NCBI GenBank assembly: GCA_002347025.1
Contig: DEAE01000023.1
Span: forward strand, 174,254-238,253
Direction: 5' to 3'
Length of the DNA stretch: 64,000 bases
From: Acidobacteria bacterium UBA2990
GTDB lineage: Bacteria; Acidobacteriota; Vicinamibacteria; Vicinamibacterales; UBA8438
The position numbers and the translations under genes were made by a program. This document shows positions 46,780-55,787 of the stretch, one piece after another (the stretch's first letter is position 1; each line of letters opens with the position of its first letter). The notes under the pieces were generated by a model. The model made no database searches. It had not been told where the DNA came from and saw nothing but the letters and a program-made list of their open reading frames with translations.

Positions 46780-47055
46780 TGGAGCCCTTATCGGAGCAAC
46801 TGAGGTTCTTATTTGGCTGCTCTGAATGATTGTAGAAAAGAGGCTAGGCCATGAAGGACTTGATGGAGAGGGTCTGGCTGCAAGGAAGGCTAAAAAAAGG
46901 CGGAGGTGAAAGGTCTCCCTCAGTGTTGGGGGCTTGGGCAGCTGCAGCTTTCTGTCCGTCAGAGATATTTTCTCTTAACAGAAGGTAGAAAAACGAATAT
47001 GGCACTGGCAACTGGGGCCTATGCTAGGGCCGAAGATGTGGAGGTGGAATAGATT

Positions 47056-47565
47056 ATGCCGAGCGAAGATAACGAACTGATAGCAGTGTTTCAGACGGTT
47101 AAAGGAGATATAAGAGTAAAGCTTTTTCCTGGAGAGGCGCCGCTGACGGTGGCAAACTTTGTTAATCTGGCCAAGCGACGCTATTACGATGGGTTGAAGT
47201 TTCATCGGGTTATTGCGAATTTCATGATTCAAGGAGGCGACCCAACTGGTAGCGGCATGGGTGGGCCAGGTTATCAATTTGCAGATGAGTTTAGCCCTTT
47301 GCGAAGACACGATTCAGCGGGTGTCTTATCAATGGCGAATGCAGGACCTGGGACAAATGGCAGTCAGTTTTTCATCACTCATGGTCCTACTCCCCACCTA
47401 GATGATAAGCACTCCGTCTTTGGGAAGGTTCTGTCTGGGCAGGATGTGGTCGATGCGGTTGCCCAGGATGATGTCATGACGACCGTGTCGATCGAGGGTG
47501 ACCCATCTGGTCTGCTGTCGACCCACCAGGAGCAGGTCGATGAGTGGAACCGGACTTTAGCCTAA
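47056..47565 (+). CDS. ppiB: Peptidyl-prolyl cis-trans isomerase, cyclophilin type
   Basis: 169-aa ORF. Blocks [15 protein letters not shown] and [16 protein letters not shown] are cyclophilin signatures. Confidence 0.9.
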   Translation: MPSEDNELIAVFQTVKGDIRVKLFPGEAPLTVANFVNLAKRRYYDGLKFHRVIANFMIQGGDPTGSGMGGPGYQFADEFSPLRRHDSAGVLSMANAGPGTNGSQFFITHGPTPHLDDKHSVFGKVLSGQDVVDAVAQDDVMTTVSIEGDPSGLLSTHQEQVDEWNRTLA

Positions 47566-47773
47566 CCGTTGGACTGTGTCCTGAAGCTATGCCAGTGTTC
47601 GACGGTTGGTCTAGTTCAAATGGAGCCTTGCTAGGACTAGTTGGTGCAGTAGTTCGGCTCACTGTCGCACATCATGGGTGTGCAAGCGAAAAACGTCAAG
47701 GGTGAGTTGTTAATCGAATTTTGGATCCTGCACCAGATCTCATGCCGAAGGGTGTACCTGGAATAGAGAGAAA

Positions 47774-48877
47774 ATGTGTTCGATTGGAGAAGGGAGACCC
47801 ATCGTGCGACGGCTTGTCGTGAAGGTCGGAACAAGCGTCGTGGCTCGTGCTGATGGTGGGTTTGGTTCAGATCGCGTTGCTCACTTAGTGGAGGAGATTT
47901 CCGAAATTAGAGGACGTGGTATCGAAGTGTTGTTAGTTAGCTCAGGTGCAGTGGGTATTGGGCGTGAGCGACTTGGCTTGCCAAGGGTTCCAACGAGTGT
48001 AGTGGATAGGCAAGCCTGTGCTGCAGCAGGGCAGGGGGCTTTGGTGGCCTTTTACGATAGCCTCTGTCAAAAATTTGGTCTGTCGGCTGCTCAGGTTCTA
48101 CTAACGGAAGACGATTTCAAGGATCGCAGGAGGTACCTCAACCTCGCTGCCACGTTACAACGTTTGCTGGAGTTACGTAGTCTCCCGATCATTAATGAAA
48201 ACGACACTGTATCTACGGATGAGATCATGCTGCATGGAGCAGCGGTGTTCGGCGACAACGATCGTCTTTCTGCGTTGGTCGCAACTAATTTAGGAGCGGA
48301 TCTTTTGGTTATGCTGTCTGACGTGGATGGTGTGTATGATGCACCTCCAGGAACGACCGGGGCAAAGCGGATCCAGGTCTATTCAGGTGATGTTGTGAAC
48401 TTTGGCGATATCTCGCGTGGGGGCAGAGGAGGTATGGAGGCCAAGATCGGTGCTGCCCAAGTTGCGGCAAATTCAGGTGTTCAGGTGGTGATAGCCAGTG
48501 GCTTGAAGGCGAATCCACTCACTGCCATTCTTGATGGTCAACCAACGGGAACAGTATTTCCCGCTAGCAAGGCCCTAAACAAGAGGCGGCATTGGCTAGC
48601 TTATGCAACGGTTCCAGCTGGAGCGCTTGTTGTCAACGATGGAGCCCGATCGGCACTTGTGTTGAGGAAGGCAAGTCTCCTTCCAAAGGGAATCACGGCT
48701 GTGCGAGGGACTTTTGTGGCCGGATCGGTGGTATCTGTGCTTGATGTTCGGGAGGTTGAAATCGCAAGAGGGGTCTGTCGTGAGGATAGCAAGGTGATTC
48801 CGGCGCTTATGGATAAACCTGGTCGAGCTAAGGCGTTGGTTCATCGAGACCAAATAGCGATTTTGACTGAGGAATGA
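47774..48877 (+). CDS. proB: Glutamate 5-kinase (with PUA domain)
   Basis: 367-aa ORF. Blocks VVKVGTSVV, LVSSGAVGIG and FGDNDRLSA, plus a C-terminal PUA-like region. It is directly coupled to proA. Confidence 0.9.
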   Translation: MCSIGEGRPIVRRLVVKVGTSVVARADGGFGSDRVAHLVEEISEIRGRGIEVLLVSSGAVGIGRERLGLPRVPTSVVDRQACAAAGQGALVAFYDSLCQKFGLSAAQVLLTEDDFKDRRRYLNLAATLQRLLELRSLPIINENDTVSTDEIMLHGAAVFGDNDRLSALVATNLGADLLVMLSDVDGVYDAPPGTTGAKRIQVYSGDVVNFGDISRGGRGGMEAKIGAAQVAANSGVQVVIASGLKANPLTAILDGQPTGTVFPASKALNKRRHWLAYATVPAGALVVNDGARSALVLRKASLLPKGITAVRGTFVAGSVVSVLDVREVEIARGVCREDSKVIPALMDKPGRAKALVHRDQIAILTEE

Positions 48878-50181
48878 CGGGCAACTATATGGATTGTAAG
48901 ATTCAAGCCCGTCTTGCCAGGGCAGGGGCCAGAAAATTGCAGGCCCTGTCCAGTGAGAGACGTTCGGCTCTCTTGCATCGGGTCGCTGAAGATATTCGGA
49001 AAGAGCGCCCTCGGATCTTAGATATTAATGCCGAAGACGTAGCTGCTGGAAAGGCGGCGGTAGCGGCAGGAAGATTAAGCGAGGCACTTGCTGCCAGATT
49101 GGCCTTGAATGTTCGAAAAATAGAAGCATTAGTTGATGGGATTCATGCGATCGCCGATATGGCAGAACCAATCGGGAGGCTGCTCAAGCGGACCGAGTTA
49201 GCCAGAGGCCTCGAATTACGTCAGGTTACGGCACCAATTGGGGTTCTTTTGGTTATCTTTGAAGCTAGGCCAGACGCCTTGCCTCAGGTGGCGGCCTTGG
49301 CGTTGCGAAGTGGTAATGGATTACTACTCAAGGGAGGAACTGAAGCTATTCGTTCCAACCGGCTGCTTCATAAAATTATTACCGATTCTATCGGTTCACT
49401 AGTGCCGGCCGGAACGATAGGCTTGGTTGAGACACGGGAAGAGATAGCGGAACTGTTGGAAATGGATGAGTTGGTCGACCTGGTTATTCCTCGTGGCTCT
49501 TCTGAGTTGGTTCGACACATCCAGGCTAATACCAAGATCCCGGTGCTGGGTCATGCTGAGGGTGTCTGTCACGTCTATTTGGACGATGCGGCCGATCTTG
49601 ACAAAGCGGTGGACGTTATCTTGGACGCGAAAACGGATTATCCAGCAGCTTGCAATGCTATGGAGACCCTATTGTTGCACCAGGCTACAGTTGAAGACGG
49701 ACGAGCCCAACATATCGTGGAGTCACTGCAGCAGGCTGGTGTGCAGTTGTATGGTGACCCTGTAGCGCATCGAACACTTTCTCTTCCAGTTGCTGAGTGC
49801 CTAAACCGGGAACACAGTGACCTCATAGCAACGGTAGCAGTTGTTGAAGACACGCATGCAGCCATTGATCACATTCATACCCATGGGAGTGGCCATACCG
49901 AGGTTATTTTGACCGAGGACTCAGAAGCTGCAGAATTGTTTCTTAATTCGGTTGATAGTGCTTGTGTGTTTCATAATGCCAGTACCCGCTTCGCGGACGG
50001 CTTTCGGTTTGGTCTTGGTGCTGAAGTTGGTATTTCAACCTCTCCCATACACGCCAGGGGCCCCGTAGGGGTAGAAGGCTTATTGACGACACGCTGGCAG
50101 TTGAGAGGCTGCGGTGACGTGGTTTCGGACTTTTCTTCCGGTGACAGAGAGTTTACGCATCGGGTTCTTCCTACTGGCTAG
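48874..50181 (+). CDS. proA: Gamma-glutamyl phosphate reductase
   Basis: 435-aa ORF. The start overlaps the proB stop (ATGA 48874-48877). Blocks LLLKGGTEA, HGSGHTE and NASTRFADGFRFGLGAEVGIST. Confidence 0.9.
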   Translation: MTGNYMDCKIQARLARAGARKLQALSSERRSALLHRVAEDIRKERPRILDINAEDVAAGKAAVAAGRLSEALAARLALNVRKIEALVDGIHAIADMAEPIGRLLKRTELARGLELRQVTAPIGVLLVIFEARPDALPQVAALALRSGNGLLLKGGTEAIRSNRLLHKIITDSIGSLVPAGTIGLVETREEIAELLEMDELVDLVIPRGSSELVRHIQANTKIPVLGHAEGVCHVYLDDAADLDKAVDVILDAKTDYPAACNAMETLLLHQATVEDGRAQHIVESLQQAGVQLYGDPVAHRTLSLPVAECLNREHSDLIATVAVVEDTHAAIDHIHTHGSGHTEVILTEDSEAAELFLNSVDSACVFHNASTRFADGFRFGLGAEVGISTSPIHARGPVGVEGLLTTRWQLRGCGDVVSDFSSGDREFTHRVLPTG

Positions 50182-50198
50182 TGGAGTTGTGGGGGGAC

Positions 50199-51647
50199 TC
50201 ATGTGATATCAATGGGGCCCGTAGCCAACATGGCTGGCGTCTCTTCGAGTCGATCAGCTGTAGCGATTGTCTCGACGTGGTGGGTCTGAGGAAACAAATC
50301 GATGGGCTGCACCCTGGTTAACTTATATCCCAAAGGTTCGAGTTCTCTGAGGTCGCTAGCAAGTGTCACCGGATTGCAGGACACATACACAATGCGCTGT
50401 GGTGCTGCCCTGGCAAGGCGGCGCATGACTTTCCCGCCAGCTCCACTTCGAGGTGGGTCAAGCACTACGATGTCAGGTCTGCCGTGCTGTTCGAGTATGG
50501 GAGGGAGGGCGTGACGGGCATCTCCCGTGTAGAAGAGAGCATTCTTCACTCGATTCAGTTCGGCATTCTCTCGTGCTGCGATCGTTGATGCCTCAATAAT
50601 GTCAATGCCTATAACCGTCTCGGCATATTCGGCCAAGCCGAGGGCAAAAAATCCGATACCGCAGAAGACATCTAAAACTAGGTTCGATATGGGACTGCTC
50701 GTTCGTTTTATTCGGACCTCCCTGGCCACTATTTCAAGCATGCGCTCGGCCTGCATCGAGTTGGTTTGAAAGAAGGTTTCGAGCCCAATATTGAAACGGA
50801 GTCCACCTACTTGTTCAATGATTGCTTTCCGACCTGCCAGCAATTTGGTCGAGCTCACTTGTGAGCCTCGCTGGTTGCTTGCTCGCGCTCCATGAAGTAC
50901 CGCAACAATAGACTCATCCAGTTGTGTGATTTTAGACGCTAGAGCATTGGCCTCAGGAAATGATCCGGATGAGGTGATGAAGGCGACCATGGTTTCTTTG
51001 CCAGCTTGCCCATGGCGGATCATGAGCTCGTGGAGAAGGCCACCCCCCGAATCAGGATTCCAGGTTGAAATTTGGTGGTTTTCTGTAAATGCCCGAACTG
51101 TAGTGACTATCCGCATCGCCAGGTTAGACTCTAGTCTGCAATCTGTGATTGGGATTACAGAGCGCCAGTTTCCAGGAAGGTGCAGACCGAGTCCCCCTAG
51201 CGCGTTGAAAGTGAACTCCATTTTGTTGCGGTAGAACCAGGTGGGGTCTGCCGGTACTATAGGGTCGATGTTGAGATCGCCGAAGCCCTTTAAGTCTTTC
51301 AGGCTGCTTTTGACTATTTCGGCTTTGGCATGGAGTTGAGCGGTGTAGCTCAGTTGTTGCCAAGAGCACCCTCCGCAGCCTTCGGTCCAATGGATGCAAG
51401 GGGGCTCGATTCGGTCTGGTCCGGCGGTGATGACCTGGAGAGGCTCTGCAAAAATTTTGTTTCGACTAATCTTTCCCACCCTAACGCGGAGGTGGTCTCC
51501 TGGGGCACAACGGGACACAAGCAACGTCTTGCCCAGGTCGTCCTGAGAGAGGGGTCTACCGGTGCCTCGTCCGTCGTGTGTAAGATCCTGAATAGCAACC
51601 TCGTATTCGTCGCCTACGCGAAGCCGGTGTTGTGAGTCGGTTGTCAT
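50199..51647 (-). CDS. RumA/RlmD/TrmA family RNA (uracil-5-)-methyltransferase with TRAM domain and Fe-S cysteines
   Basis: ORF track gives 50199..51692. ATG 51647 (MTTDSQ) is likely. Cys cluster CIHWTEGCGGCSWQ, SAM motif LDVFCGIGFF, VLDPPRSG, and catalytic-Cys block YVSCNP. Confidence 0.8.
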   Translation of the reverse strand: MTTDSQHRLRVGDEYEVAIQDLTHDGRGTGRPLSQDDLGKTLLVSRCAPGDHLRVRVGKISRNKIFAEPLQVITAGPDRIEPPCIHWTEGCGGCSWQQLSYTAQLHAKAEIVKSSLKDLKGFGDLNIDPIVPADPTWFYRNKMEFTFNALGGLGLHLPGNWRSVIPITDCRLESNLAMRIVTTVRAFTENHQISTWNPDSGGGLLHELMIRHGQAGKETMVAFITSSGSFPEANALASKITQLDESIVAVLHGARASNQRGSQVSSTKLLAGRKAIIEQVGGLRFNIGLETFFQTNSMQAERMLEIVAREVRIKRTSSPISNLVLDVFCGIGFFALGLAEYAETVIGIDIIEASTIAARENAELNRVKNALFYTGDARHALPPILEQHGRPDIVVLDPPRSGAGGKVMRRLARAAPQRIVYVSCNPVTLASDLRELEPLGYKLTRVQPIDLFPQTHHVETIATADRLEETPAMLATGPIDIT

Positions 51648-51756
51648 AATGTGTTCACAGCGATCGTATGATTGTTGGGCTGACCAAAACAACGCGATCT
51701 TGCTGGATTAGGTTTAGAGGGTGCCAAGCAAGTCAGCCGGGAGGTCGGCCTGGAGG

Positions 51757-52698
51757 ATGGTCATGAGACGGCGGATTTATGTTTTTGTTTTGTTTGTGGG
51801 CCTTTTATCAGGCCGTTCTCTCAATGCTCAGAGTGAACAAATTGTTCAGATGGACACTTTGAATGTTAGGGATGTTCTGTATCACTTAGCTGGTGGAGGA
51901 GGGAACGGCCTTGCTTTGATCGATGAGATCAATGGTGGGGTGATCTTAATTGATAGTAAGTTGCCCGGTTGGGGTCAAGCAGTCGAGGAGGTCCTCGCTC
52001 AGGTAACTGATCTACCGGTGACGACGATTATTAATAGTCACTATCATCCAGGTCACGCCGGCAGTAATGGAGAGTTTGAAGAGGTCGAACAGATCATTGC
52101 CCACGAGAACACCAGAGAGTCCATGTTGCGGACGGGAAGTTATCGAGAGGGAGCGAGTGGGCTACCTACCTCCACGTTTAGAGACCGTTATACATTGTTG
52201 GATGATCTCGATCGCGTCGAACTTTATCATTTTGGTCGGGCTCACACCGATGGCGACATAGTCGTGGTGTTTCCAGAGAAGGGAGTGGCCTATCTTGGGG
52301 ATTTGTTCCCCGACAAGGCGGTTCCTGCTATTGATTTCGAATACGGCGGTAGTGCGAAAGATTTCCCGGCCACCCTGGCTAAAATTGTGTCCGGAATTGA
52401 TGGCGTGACACGTGTAATTACTGGGCATGGGCCATTCCCCACTACATATGCCGGGCGAGGGCGCCGTGCCCGGGGCGCAGATCGGCCTTGGAGTGGGTTT
52501 ATGACTTGGTCCGACTTGGCAGAATATTCCGACTTCATTCGGGAGCTTGTCGCAGAGGCTGAGGAGGCATTCGGGACTGGTCAGACTGTTGGAGAGACAG
52601 TTGCAGGTTTGACGATTGGTGACCGCTATGTCGACTACGACTTAGCCGCTGCAGAAGCAATGGTCACGGTGTTATTCAGAGAATTGGCGTCCCAATGA
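51757..52698 (+). CDS. Metallo-beta-lactamase fold hydrolase, exported
   Basis: ORF track gives 51721..52698. ATG 51757 or 51763 follows GGAGG. Signal peptide (VFVLFVGLLSGRSLNAQ). The motif-2 region reads SHYHPGH (HxHxGH instead of HxHxDH). Later blocks are HTDGD and TGHG. Confidence 0.65.
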   Translation: MVMRRRIYVFVLFVGLLSGRSLNAQSEQIVQMDTLNVRDVLYHLAGGGGNGLALIDEINGGVILIDSKLPGWGQAVEEVLAQVTDLPVTTIINSHYHPGHAGSNGEFEEVEQIIAHENTRESMLRTGSYREGASGLPTSTFRDRYTLLDDLDRVELYHFGRAHTDGDIVVVFPEKGVAYLGDLFPDKAVPAIDFEYGGSAKDFPATLAKIVSGIDGVTRVITGHGPFPTTYAGRGRRARGADRPWSGFMTWSDLAEYSDFIRELVAEAEEAFGTGQTVGETVAGLTIGDRYVDYDLAAAEAMVTVLFRELASQ

Positions 52699-52730
52699 AC
52701 GAGAATATCTGTAGAGAGGGATAGGCAGCA

Positions 52731-54077
52731 ATGACCAGACAGAATTTGATAGTGGTGTTGCTATGTGTAGCCTGCACCCTTGCGAATGCTGGTGAAGCGG
52801 TTGGAGATGATTGGCCAGAGTTTCGCGGGGAAGGGAGGCGTGGGGTCTGGCGAGAGACCGGAGTTCTTGAAAGCTTTCCAGAAGAAGGCTTAAAGGTGCG
52901 TTGGCGCACTTCGATTAAGGCTGGGTACGCGGGGCCCGCTGTGGTGGATGGCCGGGTGTTCGTCACAGATTTTGAAGCCACCAGTGGAATGCGCGGGACT
53001 GAACGGGCTTTAGCCTTAGATGCGAAGAGTGGTGCTGTGCTGTGGACTAGGGCCTGGGAGGCGGACTATGCCGGCATCCAATGGGAGATCGGCCCAGGAG
53101 CGACTCCAACGGTCGATGCGGACCGTGTCTATGTATTGGGACGTACTGGAACCTTGTCGGCTTTAGCCGTTGACACGGGGGATGTGCTTTGGCGGAAGAA
53201 TTATGGAGAGGACTATGGCGTAGACAGAACAACGTGGGGATTTGACTGGGGTTTTTCGAGTGCGCCCCTAGTAGACGGCGACCGACTTATTTGTTTGGTT
53301 GGAGGAACGCCTGATGCCAGAGTAGTAGCCTTCGACAAGTTCACAGGAGAGGAGGTTTGGCGGGCCTTGCCTAGTGAGGCTGATCTGGGGGTCGCTCAAC
53401 CCATCATCATTGAGTCGGGTGGTGCACGTCAGCTCATCATCTGGAATCCCGAAGAGATCGCTTCGTTGAACCCGGTTACGGGCGAAGTCTATTGGCAGCA
53501 ACCGTATGTGGTGGGTGGAGCCATGACGGTTGCCGTACCTGTACAGGTGGGGAATCAGCTCTTTTTTACAACCTTTTATGATGGTCCGATGATGCTGGCC
53601 CTAAATCAGGACCGACCCGGAGCGAGTATCGCCTGGAGGGGGAATAGTAATAGTGAAATTCGCACCGAAGGGCTTCATGCTGTGTTAGCCACGCCAATCA
53701 TTGATGGGGGCTATATTTATGGAATTTGCAGTTATGGCCAGCTTCGCTGCCTCGATGCCGAAACCGGGGAGCGCATCTGGGAAACGCAGGATGCCACTGT
53801 TGAGCGGCGTCGATGGGTGTCTGGCTTTATGGTTCGTCATGGCAACCGAGTATTCATTAACAACGATCGGGGTGAGTTGCTTATCGCTAAGCTTAGCCCA
53901 GCAGGCTATGAGGAAATCAGTCGAACCCAGTTAATTGCCCCCACCTCGTCTCCGGGAAATCGGAGAGAGCTGAGGAACGTGAATTGGGTGCACCCAGCTT
54001 ATGCAAACAAGCATATTTACACCAGAAACGATGAAGAGATCGTGAGCTATTCGATGGATGTTGATGATTACAATTGA
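52731..54077 (+). CDS. PQQ-like/BamB-like beta-propeller repeat protein, exported (paralogue type of 14594-15952)
   Basis: 448-aa ORF with a signal peptide (VACTLANAGEA). WPEFRG start, then repeated blades (VDGRVFVTD, DADRVYVLG, VDGDRLICL, IDGGYIYGI). Confidence 0.65.
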   Translation: MTRQNLIVVLLCVACTLANAGEAVGDDWPEFRGEGRRGVWRETGVLESFPEEGLKVRWRTSIKAGYAGPAVVDGRVFVTDFEATSGMRGTERALALDAKSGAVLWTRAWEADYAGIQWEIGPGATPTVDADRVYVLGRTGTLSALAVDTGDVLWRKNYGEDYGVDRTTWGFDWGFSSAPLVDGDRLICLVGGTPDARVVAFDKFTGEEVWRALPSEADLGVAQPIIIESGGARQLIIWNPEEIASLNPVTGEVYWQQPYVVGGAMTVAVPVQVGNQLFFTTFYDGPMMLALNQDRPGASIAWRGNSNSEIRTEGLHAVLATPIIDGGYIYGICSYGQLRCLDAETGERIWETQDATVERRRWVSGFMVRHGNRVFINNDRGELLIAKLSPAGYEEISRTQLIAPTSSPGNRRELRNVNWVHPAYANKHIYTRNDEEIVSYSMDVDDYN

Positions 54078-54290
54078 AGAGCAGGAGTGCTTGAACAATG
54101 GGAGACTTGAAAAGAGCTCGTTGAGACAATGAGAGGATATCTGAGCATCGGCTGCAGCTTAGAAAGGTGGAGCGTTGAATGATTGGTCGAGTGGCGTTAA
54201 GCTGGCTTTAGGGCTCAGTGAGTTCCATTGAGACGGAGTGGAATTCATTCGGTGCGTAGCTAAAGAAAGCCGAGTCGACTATTTCGAGAG

Positions 54291-55787
54291 GTGACTATGG
54301 GTCTCCAAATCGGGCGTGTCTGCGTTTACGGTTTACTACTGCTATTTGCCCCTAATGGTGCTGGGGCTCAAGAACCAGACTACAGGCTATTTGACGCTAT
54401 CAAGGGAGAGGAGTTTTCGACAGTTAGTGTCTTGGTGTCGGATGGAATTGATGTCGAGATGACCCAGCCTGATGGAGCCACTGCATTGCACTGGGCTAGC
54501 TATCAGGACTCAGAAACCGTAGCTGTTCTCCTGCTCAGCGCCGGAGCCTTTGTTGATGCAGAGAATGACTATGGCGTTACTCCACTGGCATTAGCCTGCG
54601 ATAACGGTTCGTCAACGATGGTGAAGCTTTTGCTGGCCGCTGGGGCAGATCCACGGATTGGCCGCCAGGGTGGTGAGACGCCATTGATGTCATGTGCGCG
54701 AACTGGCAACAAGGATGCAGTGAGTGCCTTGTTGCGTCACGGTGCCGATCCAAATACGGTCGAATCGTGGAGGGGACAGTCAGCGTTAATGTGGTCTGTG
54801 GCTGAGGGACATACAGGGGTTACGGAGGCTCTTATCAAGGGTGGGGCGGATGTCCACATCCGCTCGAAGTCAGGTTTCTCAGCCATTTTGATTGGGTCTC
54901 GTAATGATGTACCCGAGATTATTAGTCTCTTGGTCAGTGCCGGGGCCGATGTGAATGATCAGGCTCTGGATGGAACAACGGCCTTACTGGTAGCTTCGGT
55001 GCGCGGGCATGTGTCCCTTGCCATAGACTTATTGGAGTTGGGCGCCGACCCGAACTCAGGTGCCTCTGGCTACACCCCGTTGCATTGGGTCTCTGGCTCT
55101 TGGCACACCGAATTGACCGGTCCTCGTGGAATCGAGAGGGATCGAGAAGAGGAGTGGCGATCCCTTAATGGTTTACAAGATAGAAAATTGGAGCTGACGA
55201 GGGCATTGTTGGCTTATGGTGCCGATCCCAAGGTGCGGCTCACTCGCACTCCGCCACAATTTGGTTTTGCCAGTCAACGATTTCGGGTCAGCCTTGTCGG
55301 AGCCACTCCATTGTTCCTGGCGGCCATGGATGGGAATGTTGCGGTCATGGAGGCTTTGGTGGCAGCAGGCGCTGATCCACTTCTCGGAACCGATGAAGGT
55401 AGCACGCCACTAATGGTCGCAGCTGGCCTGGGTCAAGTGCCGGCTGAGAGTCGAGTTGACCCGAGCGATAGTGTCGATGCTGTGAAATTCCTCCTAGGCT
55501 TGGGTGGGAATGTGCATCGGACTAATGAGACTGGGCGTACTGCCTTACATGGAGCTGCTCATATTCGTTCCGATGAGATTGTTCGTTTGCTCGTCGATTG
55601 GGGTGCTGAGGTAGATGTTGGTGACGAGCGTGGAATAACCCCACTTATGATTGCAGAAGGTGGTGGTCATATTCTGCTTCCTGGTTTGGGGGGCGGTAGC
55701 ACGGCGGAACTGCTTTTGGAGTTGGGTAGCAGAGAAGTAGATCGAGAGAGTTTTGTTGAAAAATACAGTCAGGGAGCGATTCGCTAA
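54291..55787 (+). CDS. Ankyrin-repeat protein, exported (paralogue of 30107-31642)
   Basis: 498-aa ORF (GTG 54291 or ATG 54297). Signal peptide (LLLFAPNGAGAQE). ANK repeats are collinear with 30107-31642 (DGATALHWAS..., GETPLMSCAR..., GQSALMWSVAEGH...). The stop overlaps the next start (TAATG at 55785-55789). Confidence 0.8.
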   Translation: MTMGLQIGRVCVYGLLLLFAPNGAGAQEPDYRLFDAIKGEEFSTVSVLVSDGIDVEMTQPDGATALHWASYQDSETVAVLLLSAGAFVDAENDYGVTPLALACDNGSSTMVKLLLAAGADPRIGRQGGETPLMSCARTGNKDAVSALLRHGADPNTVESWRGQSALMWSVAEGHTGVTEALIKGGADVHIRSKSGFSAILIGSRNDVPEIISLLVSAGADVNDQALDGTTALLVASVRGHVSLAIDLLELGADPNSGASGYTPLHWVSGSWHTELTGPRGIERDREEEWRSLNGLQDRKLELTRALLAYGADPKVRLTRTPPQFGFASQRFRVSLVGATPLFLAAMDGNVAVMEALVAAGADPLLGTDEGSTPLMVAAGLGQVPAESRVDPSDSVDAVKFLLGLGGNVHRTNETGRTALHGAAHIRSDEIVRLLVDWGAEVDVGDERGITPLMIAEGGGHILLPGLGGGSTAELLLELGSREVDRESFVEKYSQGAIR

